IMG/VR virus record: IMGVR_UViG_3300042934_000107
Reading direction: 5' to 3' (one strand)
From: an uncultured virus (IMG/VR IMGVR_UViG_3300042934_000107)
Taxonomy: Duplodnaviria; Heunggongvirae; Uroviricota; Caudoviricetes
Length of the DNA stretch: 20,622 nt
Shown: positions 14,667-20,622 of the stretch, piece after piece
Position numbering within the stretch: position 1 is the stretch's first letter
Layout of the letters: every line of letters begins with the position of its first letter
Made by a program: the position numbers and the translations under genes
The notes under the pieces: generated by a model
What the model was told of the DNA's origin: nothing
What the model saw: only the letters and a program-made list of their open reading frames with translations
Database searches by the model: none

Positions 14667-15928
14667 TCCCCAATAAAATCCATCTTTTCACCATTGAATT
14701 TTAAAAGTATCTTACCTTTCGGACCATTACGATTTTTATCAATAACCAGGAAGTAATTGTATCCGCCTTTTTTCTCGTACTCTTTGCGATTAGCCTCATT
14801 CATTTCTTGCAGATACATAAACAAATCTGCCTCATTTTTGATAGCCTTTGCTCCCTCTAACTTTTCCTCTTCTGTTAATTGAGCAAGCATGATAACAGTT
14901 ATTCCTAACCTTTGCGCTAATGTCTTTAGCTTCTTAGCTATTGACCGCATAACCTGATACTCTTTAAGCTTTGGATCTGTCGTTTCCATTCTGCCGATAT
15001 AGTCAACAATCAGTACCTTTATACCCTTTTGCGACTTAAATTTATTAGCTACGGATATTACTTGATCAACCGTTAGCTCCGGCAGGGTAACATTATAAAA
15101 TTTACTTTGTGACATCAGTGTGAGGTTTTCGGCTAATGCATCTACTTGGCAAGGTTGTAGGTTCCCTGTAGCTATGTCACTATACTTGATACTCGCATGT
15201 TCCCTAGTAATCAATGCTGCAAGCCTGATATCTATTTGCTGCTCATTCATTTCAGTATTTACATACAGCAGCTCATATTTCTGCATAATTGCTATATCTC
15301 TTGATAAGTTTAGAGAAAATGCGGTTTTACCTCTGCCAGTCTCAGCACCTAGAATTATTAACTCTCCTGGCTGGAACCCACCGTTTATGATCTTGTTCAG
15401 CTTGCCGTAAGATGTTTTTATTCCTCCGCTAGACTTGTTATTTACTCGATCAACGATGGTAGTTAATATACTTGTAGCTCTTTCTTCCGGTGTGACAATA
15501 TGTACATCTGTTGTCTCTACGTTAATCCCATAAACTTTATCTTGTAGTTCTGATAATATTTCGTTAATATCATCACCATCTAACAGGCGTCTAGAAGTTT
15601 GTTCAGCAATGTTTTGCAATTCAAAAGCCTTATGATTGTTTCTTAGCTTGTCAATCACATACTCAAACTCGCCTCTAGTGCAAAACGACTGGCTTACCAT
15701 CAACCATTTAGTATGGTTCTGAACAAGAATAGGCTTTATTTCTTCATACACTGTTACAAGACTAACCGTTTTACCATCAGAGTACATTGACTTGATTGTC
15801 TCAAATATGATCCGGTTCATTTTATTTGAAAAATACTCTTGTTTTATATCTGCTATAGCCATATCTAAGCATTGAGGATAGGAACATATAGCGTTTAATG
15901 ATTTCGCCTCTAAGTCTAAGTCAATCAA
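14660..15928 (-). CDS. dnaB: Replicative DNA helicase, DnaB family
   Basis: GGFQPGELIILGAETGRGKT (Walker A), VLIVDYI, LAQL and IDKNRNGPKG motifs. Confidence 0.92.
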   Translation of the reverse strand: MIDLDLEAKSLNAICSYPQCLDMAIADIKQEYFSNKMNRIIFETIKSMYSDGKTVSLVTVYEEIKPILVQNHTKWLMVSQSFCTRGEFEYVIDKLRNNHKAFELQNIAEQTSRRLLDGDDINEILSELQDKVYGINVETTDVHIVTPEERATSILTTIVDRVNNKSSGGIKTSYGKLNKIINGGFQPGELIILGAETGRGKTAFSLNLSRDIAIMQKYELLYVNTEMNEQQIDIRLAALITREHASIKYSDIATGNLQPCQVDALAENLTLMSQSKFYNVTLPELTVDQVISVANKFKSQKGIKVLIVDYIGRMETTDPKLKEYQVMRSIAKKLKTLAQRLGITVIMLAQLTEEEKLEGAKAIKNEADLFMYLQEMNEANRKEYEKKGGYNYFLVIDKNRNGPKGKILLKFNGEKMDFIGEC

Positions 15929-16656
15929 AATATCTGCATCTCCTCACTCTTTGGCTTGTTGCCAAATAATTTTTGCTGTGTAATTGGGTAGATATCTGTC
16001 CAGCTACTCATTACGGATTGATTAAGTATGTCAATTTGCACAGATTCACTTAAAGAAAGTTTTTTTAGTTTACCAAGCATCAACTTAACAGCGTTATCTG
16101 TCATTTCTTTTTTGAGTTTTTTTCTCATTTCGATAAACGAATTAATGGCTTCTATCAAATCAAAACTACTTGTAAAATCAGCTATATATTTTTCTTTATC
16201 ATTCTTTTCCTTCTTGTTTATATGTACTGACTGTTGTCTGACTGTTGTTTTACTGTTACTTTGGGCGTTACTTTCACCGTTACTTTTATTATCTTTTTCT
16301 TGATAAACATCCCAATTTATAAGGCTTACAAGTGTATACTGTCTGTTACTTTCACCGTTACTTACAATGATCATTTTTTTGTTTTTCAACCATTTCAATA
16401 TTTCTGCTATAGTTCTAGGATTAGGTTCTTTCAATATCCCTCTTTCGTACCATGCAACGCCCTCTGCTATTTTTCTAATACTTGTAATTCTCTCGCCTGG
16501 CTTAACCAAAACTGTTGTTCCATCTCGCAAAGGTACGTTTGCCTCTGTATGATTTACGTTGTATTTCAACCATTGCCAAACCCTATGGTAAAGTGGTGGC
16601 ATTAACCACACTTCACTTTCTAACTCTTGGCGATAGTCTTTAATGAATCCAGCAAT
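15925..16656 (-). CDS. Phage replication initiator (winged-helix N-terminus)
   Basis: GFIKDYRQELESEVW...YNVNH...GERITSIRKIA...YTLVSLINWDVYQ, a repeat-coded linker and a C-terminal F.EMRK...K domain; adjacent to the helicase. Start uncertain (ATT 16656, GTG 16665/16668, or 16707). Confidence 0.8.
   Translation of the reverse strand: MAGFIKDYRQELESEVWLMPPLYHRVWQWLKYNVNHTEANVPLRDGTTVLVKPGERITSIRKIAEGVAWYERGILKEPNPRTIAEILKWLKNKKMIIVSNGESNRQYTLVSLINWDVYQEKDNKSNGESNAQSNSKTTVRQQSVHINKKEKNDKEKYIADFTSSFDLIEAINSFIEMRKKLKKEMTDNAVKLMLGKLKKLSLSESVQIDILNQSVMSSWTDIYPITQQKLFGNKPKSEEMQIF
16227..16363. repeat. Iterons/primary replication origin within the initiator gene
   Basis: GTTACTTT x3 at 12-bp period (16255, 16267, 16279); GTTACTTTCACCGTTACTT at 16267 and 16345; CTGACTGTTGT x2 (16227, 16238); adjacent T-rich tract. 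Confidence 0.75.
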
Positions 16657-16705
16657 TTTTACCACCACCCACGCATATTCCCCACCACATCGGCGCATAC
16701 TATCC

Positions 16706-16725
16706 AAAAGGGGAGAAGTTCCCCT
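16706..16725 (-). terminator. Terminator-like hairpin after SSB
   Basis: Minus strand AGGGGA-ACTTC-TCCCCT then TTT; short U tract. Confidence 0.5.
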
Positions 16726-16734
16726 AATGATAGA

Positions 16735-17262
16735 TCAAAATGGAATTTCTTCTTCAGGGAAGACTTCTGTGCCAAATGATCTGACATCATATCCATTTAC
16801 TTCTAATTTAAGTTTCTTGAATTCTGGTATATCTACACCTTTCTTTATTTCTTCAATACTTCTGGTTGAATGGACATATAATCTTTTGCCAATAGATTGA
16901 TCGTTTTTCCTATACTCTTCTTCTCCTAAAACAACGCCTACTAACTTACCTACAAGTTGCTTTTCATCATTTTTGAATATAAAGTTGCTATTCGAGTTTT
17001 TAATTGCTGTTAAGAATCCTTTAAACATTGATTGTGCCTTTTCTTTATATGATCTAATAAAACTTCCACCCCAAAAATTCTTTGCTTCGTACAATCCTTG
17101 GTAATGGTTTGCAAATTCACCTTCTGCAATGTCGTATTCAATCTTTAGATACTCTTTTTCTGGTACGTCAACCGCTGTAACAATCATCGCTGTATATCCA
17201 CCTGGCGCCAGTTTTTTAAATTCCTGTTGGTCTGGTACGTTATTCCAATTAATGTTTTTCAT
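16735..17262 (-). CDS. Phage single-stranded DNA-binding protein (DUF669-like)
   Basis: LAPGGY motif, acidic tail ending EEIPF, follows the Sak4-like gene. Confidence 0.7.
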   Translation of the reverse strand: MKNINWNNVPDQQEFKKLAPGGYTAMIVTAVDVPEKEYLKIEYDIAEGEFANHYQGLYEAKNFWGGSFIRSYKEKAQSMFKGFLTAIKNSNSNFIFKNDEKQLVGKLVGVVLGEEEYRKNDQSIGKRLYVHSTRSIEEIKKGVDIPEFKKLKLEVNGYDVRSFGTEVFPEEEIPF

Positions 17263-17283
17263 GTTGTTTATCCCCTTTATTTT

Positions 17284-17892
17284 TTATTTTGTTAGTTCCC
17301 AATAATCTCTTATTGTTTCATCAACAAACTTTAAATCGTTATCGATCTCTTTCTCGAACATTTCCATTGGCGATTTTACAGTATCAGTGCCATCCGTTTG
17401 AGTAACAAAGCTATATTTACCGCTTTCAAACTTAGTCCTCAACACTATACTAAATAACCCCTCTACCGTTAACTGATCATCAAGCATTTTACCGACTGTC
17501 TTCGCCTTAGTTCCCAACTCTGTTTTCTGCGTATGATGCAGAAAGTAAACTATACAATCGGCAGGAGTACCCCTAACAACAAAGTCAATCAACCCCTTGA
17601 AGTTCAATGCCATATCAGTAAACTTTCCATACCCTGTAACTTTTGCTTTATCAAACATTTCAAACGCCATTAGATATTGACTATCGTCTATTACGTACCG
17701 CTTAAGATTGCCTTTTTCTAATGTTTTAATTATCAATCCATAAGTAGCTCCATCTACCTTATTTAGTTTCTTTCTGAATGGTAAAGGCTTGCTTGCTACA
17801 TTAAATATTCCTATCTCTCCTGCATCAAAATTTCTCATTGATGTTGATTTCCCTGAACCTGATTCACCTAGAATCATTACTGGTATACCCAT
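17284..17892 (-). CDS. Sak4-like AAA ATPase recombinase
   Basis: ILGESGSGKSTS, VIDDSQY and TVKSPMEMF motifs; gp157-Sak4-SSB gene order. Confidence 0.8.
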   Translation of the reverse strand: MGIPVMILGESGSGKSTSMRNFDAGEIGIFNVASKPLPFRKKLNKVDGATYGLIIKTLEKGNLKRYVIDDSQYLMAFEMFDKAKVTGYGKFTDMALNFKGLIDFVVRGTPADCIVYFLHHTQKTELGTKAKTVGKMLDDQLTVEGLFSIVLRTKFESGKYSFVTQTDGTDTVKSPMEMFEKEIDNDLKFVDETIRDYWELTK

Positions 17893-17905
17893 GACGCTAA
17901 CCTCC

Positions 17906-18397
17906 CTACTTAATAACCCAACGAAAACTATTACTTAACACGGCTCCACGCACCTTAATATTAGCTTTCAAATCAGCAGCAATAGCCGTTTTGCTGATCG
18001 TGTATGTCGCAGGTACTTTAATTTTGTATTTACGCGGTATTTTGTTTTCGTCTAATATTGATACTGCTGGAGGATTGTTCTGTTTTTTGATAGTGGCAAT
18101 TGTTGTTTTAATTTCCGTAAGTTTTGTACTTTCTAATTGACTGAACAGATAATTTCCAATAGATGTTGCCTTGTTACTTATCGACAATTGCTTAGCTTGT
18201 AATCGTTTTATTTCTTCGCCCATACCTTTGCTATACACTTCTAAGTTTTTAAGCAACAATACGGTATTCTGAGCCTTTACTTCGATTGCACATTCGATCG
18301 ACTCTAATGTATCTTTAATAACTTGAATATCTGTACTTTCATCTTCCAGCATAGCCATTACTTGATTGTAATTCCCTGTTAGCTCATACATTCGCAT
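17906..18397 (-). CDS. Siphovirus Gp157 family protein
   Basis: MYELT N-terminus, coiled coil, NPPAV.I.DE..IP and C-terminal GA.L motifs; GGAGG RBS before ATG 18397. Confidence 0.85.
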   Translation of the reverse strand: MRMYELTGNYNQVMAMLEDESTDIQVIKDTLESIECAIEVKAQNTVLLLKNLEVYSKGMGEEIKRLQAKQLSISNKATSIGNYLFSQLESTKLTEIKTTIATIKKQNNPPAVSILDENKIPRKYKIKVPATYTISKTAIAADLKANIKVRGAVLSNSFRWVIK

Positions 18398-18563
18398 ATC
18401 CAATAACCTCCAAATTAACTTTATTCCCTAACTCTAAATCATCACCATACATCCTCTTAAGCTCCTTCTCAGCCTTATCCATGGCTATCTCACTAATCAG
18501 TGCATCAACCTCTATTGATATACCGACATCAACAAACATTACTTTGTAAATTCTAGCTTTCAT
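18384..18563 (-). CDS. Hypothetical 59-aa protein
   Basis: ATGA overlap with the upstream gene; MKARIYKVMFVDVG. Confidence 0.5.
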   Translation of the reverse strand: MKARIYKVMFVDVGISIEVDALISEIAMDKAEKELKRMYGDDLELGNKVNLEVIGYANV

Positions 18564-18778
18564 AGCTCACCATCTGCCTCCATCAGTTTATATTCCTCAA
18601 CATGCCACTTCCCACAGAAAGTCTGCTCTTTATACGTCTCAACTTCCTGCCCATCTTCAATCAATACACCACACAATTCACACTCTGCAATGATCTCCAA
18701 TGGTGGATCTTCTTGTATTGGTCTGCGTGTGTAGCGGAAGGGTTTTTCTTCGTATTGTTGTGTAATATCAGGTAACAT
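18560..18778 (-). CDS. Small zinc-binding protein (CxxC...FCxxxH)
   Basis: CELCG...TFCGKWH; AGAGG RBS. Confidence 0.6.
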   Translation of the reverse strand: MLPDITQQYEEKPFRYTRRPIQEDPPLEIIAECELCGVLIEDGQEVETYKEQTFCGKWHVEEYKLMEADGEL

Positions 18779-18959
18779 CTAATCGCCTCTTGCGATTCTT
18801 ATTCCATTCAACTATCACGTTGTCAAAGATAAGCATTGTTTTTATCATGTAATAAGCAGCATATATAAGTGTCACATTCTTTTTCTCTTCTCTTAAGCAG
18901 TACATCCAACGATCAGACATATAAACCGCTACTACACCTTTACTAAATGGATTAATCAT
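18768..18959 (-). CDS. Hypothetical protein
   Basis: 63 aa; GAGGTGA RBS. Confidence 0.55.
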   Translation of the reverse strand: MINPFSKGVVAVYMSDRWMYCLREEKKNVTLIYAAYYMIKTMLIFDNVIVEWNKNRKRRLDVT

Positions 18960-19020
18960 GTTATAATCACCTCAGAATGTTTTAGTTTTGAGTCCTCCAT
19001 TTGTCGATGGTGGACTTTTT
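18939..19020 (+). ncRNA. Candidate opposite-strand sRNA unit (promoter plus ~47-nt transcript ending in a terminator)
   Basis: TTTACT (18939-18944), 17 nt, TATAAT (18962-18967) with extended TG; hairpin AGTCCTCCAT-TTGTCG-ATGGTGGACT then TTTT (18991-19020). Confidence 0.5.
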
Positions 19021-19024
19021 GTCA

Positions 19025-19153
19025 TTACAGGCATGATGCTGCCAGTAATACCAAGATTCCAACAAATGCAAATCCTATGAATACGTTCTCTGCACATTCT
19101 GCGTTTAACCGCTGCTGCCTAACTATTGATGATACTCTGTGTTGCTCTAGCAT
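19025..19153 (-). CDS. 42-aa protein with C-terminal transmembrane helix
   Basis: AAGGAGGT RBS; ends VFIGFAFVGILVLLAASCL. Confidence 0.55.
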   Translation of the reverse strand: MLEQHRVSSIVRQQRLNAECAENVFIGFAFVGILVLLAASCL

Positions 19154-19165
19154 TTCACTACCTCC

Positions 19166-19348
19166 TTATTCCTCCAATGTTTTGATCCAACATTTATCAC
19201 AAAGGCGATCTCCATCTGAATCCGACTTTTTCCAACCATCTTCTCTAAGGCATTCATATATTTTTATTCCAAATGACAAATCAGGGCAATCCTCGTTTGT
19301 TATAATCCCCATATCCTTAATACATTGCAATTTTTCTTGTTCTGTCAT
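19166..19348 (-). CDS. Hypothetical Cys-rich protein
   Basis: 60 aa; CP...C...CDKCW; AAGGAGGT RBS. Confidence 0.6.
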   Translation of the reverse strand: MTEQEKLQCIKDMGIITNEDCPDLSFGIKIYECLREDGWKKSDSDGDRLCDKCWIKTLEE

Positions 19349-19350
19349 GG

Positions 19351-19503
19351 CTACCTCCTTGAAGTCCTATATAACCGCCAGTCTCTAACCTCTTTGCATT
19401 GCGGTTTATCACATGTATTAATTTGACCACAGACCATAGCGCATTTTTGGGGTTGTCCATCTTTAAGGCAGGATTGACATGGACAGTTGTTTTCATGGTG
19501 CAT
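19351..19503 (-). CDS. Hypothetical 50-aa Cys-rich protein
   Basis: AAGGAGGT RBS; MHHENNCPCQSC...CAMVC...TC...QC (7 Cys). Confidence 0.55.
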   Translation of the reverse strand: MHHENNCPCQSCLKDGQPQKCAMVCGQINTCDKPQCKEVRDWRLYRTSRR

Positions 19504-19514
19504 TAGCTACCTCC

Positions 19515-20267
19515 TTAACATCCGTATTTAATCGTCATTTCCTTGATGATAGATGTATATCCCTCAATAAGCTTTTTATCTTCTGCAATCACATCAATAA
19601 CGTTGAGTTTGTCCCTAGATGACTTGCAAATTCCTTCATCTGCCATTCTTCTTCTCTTATTTGTTAAGCGAGTTTGCAAGCTTACTCCCATCCTGGAATC
19701 AAGTAACTTATAGCTTTCTGATCTTAATTCCCTTATTTGGGTTATGTCGCCGATTTTATTAGCTATCTTGTTTAGTAACTTTTTAGTATCTTCTCGCCAA
19801 CTAGTGGTATCTAATGAAATAACATCACGCATTCCTTGTAACTCTTCTGCTTGCTTGGTTTGTGTTGCTGCAATCTGTTTCAACTGCTGTTCTTGCTCTG
19901 CTGCTGCTTGTGCTATGGCTGCTATTATTTGTGTTTGTGTCATTTGTGGAGCTGAGTATGTGCCTGTTTTGCGAATTGCCGGAAGAATTTCATCTGCTAC
20001 TACTGTTTGAAACTTTTCTGCTGTTTCGTTTTTGGCTTTCATTGCTAGTCTGTAGAAGATGTTTTCAGGAATAAAGTCTTCGCCACTTGTGGAGAAATTT
20101 AAATCAGCAAGATATTCGTTAACTCTTCCCCATCTAATATACTCAACACCGCTTTGTCTTGTTTCTGTAAACCCTAACCCTCTTGCTACGTCTGCTAGGT
20201 GCAATTGCGCTGTTCCATTTTCATCAATGAAACCTCTTACACCTGAGATTGTGATTAAGTTACTCAT
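19515..20267 (-). CDS. Phage antirepressor (BRO-N-like N-terminal domain)
   Basis: DVARGLGF...FIPENIFYRLAMKAKNETAEKFQ..VADEILPAIRKTGTY, then a coiled coil and antirepressor-type C-terminus. Confidence 0.85.
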   Translation of the reverse strand: MSNLITISGVRGFIDENGTAQLHLADVARGLGFTETRQSGVEYIRWGRVNEYLADLNFSTSGEDFIPENIFYRLAMKAKNETAEKFQTVVADEILPAIRKTGTYSAPQMTQTQIIAAIAQAAAEQEQQLKQIAATQTKQAEELQGMRDVISLDTTSWREDTKKLLNKIANKIGDITQIRELRSESYKLLDSRMGVSLQTRLTNKRRRMADEGICKSSRDKLNVIDVIAEDKKLIEGYTSIIKEMTIKYGC

Positions 20268-20269
20268 TT

Positions 20270-20431
20270 TTAAGTCTCCTTTTTAATTGATTTGATATAT
20301 TCGCTTACGGCTAATGAAATAACCGCATTCTCTGATATCCCTAACTCATTAGCTGTGTTCTCTACGTCCTTCTTTAAATTATCAACAAGCCTTAAAGAAA
20401 CAGTTATCATTTTTGGTTTTGCTCTTTTCAA
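20270..20431 (-). CDS. Ribbon-helix-helix (Arc/CopG/MetJ-like) repressor, 53 aa
   Basis: Not in ORF track; TTG after AAAGGAAGTG; MKRAKPKMITVSLRLVDNLKKDVENTANELGISENAVISLAVSEYI shows the alternating beta strand, helix, G.S.N turn and helix. Confidence 0.75.
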   Translation of the reverse strand: MKRAKPKMITVSLRLVDNLKKDVENTANELGISENAVISLAVSEYIKSIKKET

Positions 20432-20457
20432 GTAATCACTTCCTTTATTTAATTTGG

Positions 20458-20529
20458 TATGAATTTGGGATTAACTTCATTATATACCTATATAAATAAG
20501 AAGTCAATATGAATTTGGGATTAAATTCA
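20458..20529. promoter_or_regulatory. Two operator repeats flanking the early promoter
   Basis: TATGAATTTGGGATTAA at 20458-20474 and 20508-20524 (50-bp period); the second extends to the palindrome TGAATTT-GGGATT-AAATTCA. Confidence 0.8.
20479..20507 (-). promoter_or_regulatory. Early (lytic) sigma-A promoter
   Basis: TTGACT (20502-20507), 17 nt, TATAAT (20479-20484). Confidence 0.8.
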
Positions 20530-20586
20530 GAAATATTTATATTTGTTTGTAAATTACATTTTTGTATTTTTTTATAATATTTACTA

Positions 20587-20615
20587 TTGCTTAATATTTA
20601 TTGTTATGATATTAT
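20587..20615 (+). promoter_or_regulatory. Possible divergent promoter (towards the immunity region outside the window)
   Basis: TTGCTT, 17 nt, TATTAT with extended TG; the region is AT-rich, so chance matches are possible. Confidence 0.4.
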
Positions 20616-20622
20616 AATGACA

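Noticed and set aside
457..20286. All + strand ORFs in the six-frame track
   Set aside because: They lie antisense to well-supported minus-strand genes or the tRNA and show no recognisable motifs; shadow ORFs.

Overview
A 20.6-kb internal segment of a tailed-phage or prophage genome. Low GC, strong GGAGG ribosome-binding sites and sigma-A-type promoters point to a Bacillota (Firmicutes) host; Negativicutes is only a guess. Essentially all genes lie on the minus strand. In transcription order (right to left) the early region holds: an operator-flanked promoter, an Arc/CopG-like ribbon-helix-helix repressor, a BRO-N antirepressor, small ORFs, a Gp157/Sak4-like ATPase/SSB recombination module, a replication initiator with internal iterons, a DnaB-like helicase, YopX, a RuvC-like resolvase, MazG-like and Nmad1/DUF1599-like proteins, a lipoprotein and an ArpU/RinA-family late activator. 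The late region holds: a structured leader, tRNA-Pro(UGG), two terminators, TerS, a ~1.35-kb insert with a RepL-like gene and its own repeats, PBSX-family TerL, a P22-like portal, scaffold, N4-gp56-like major capsid, a decoration protein, two adaptor-like proteins and the start of a nozzle-like protein. This order suggests podovirus-type morphogenesis. No integrase, CI repressor, lysis genes or CRISPR array lie in the window. The most notable items are: a candidate second replicon between terS and terL; a complex RNA leader before scaffold/capsid (orphan perfect SD sequences and twin hairpins); an atypical tRNA-Pro (A37, broken D-loop GG); a structured late leader ahead of tandem terminators; and a ~47-nt opposite-strand sRNA unit. 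All family calls come from motif recognition by eye, not database searches.
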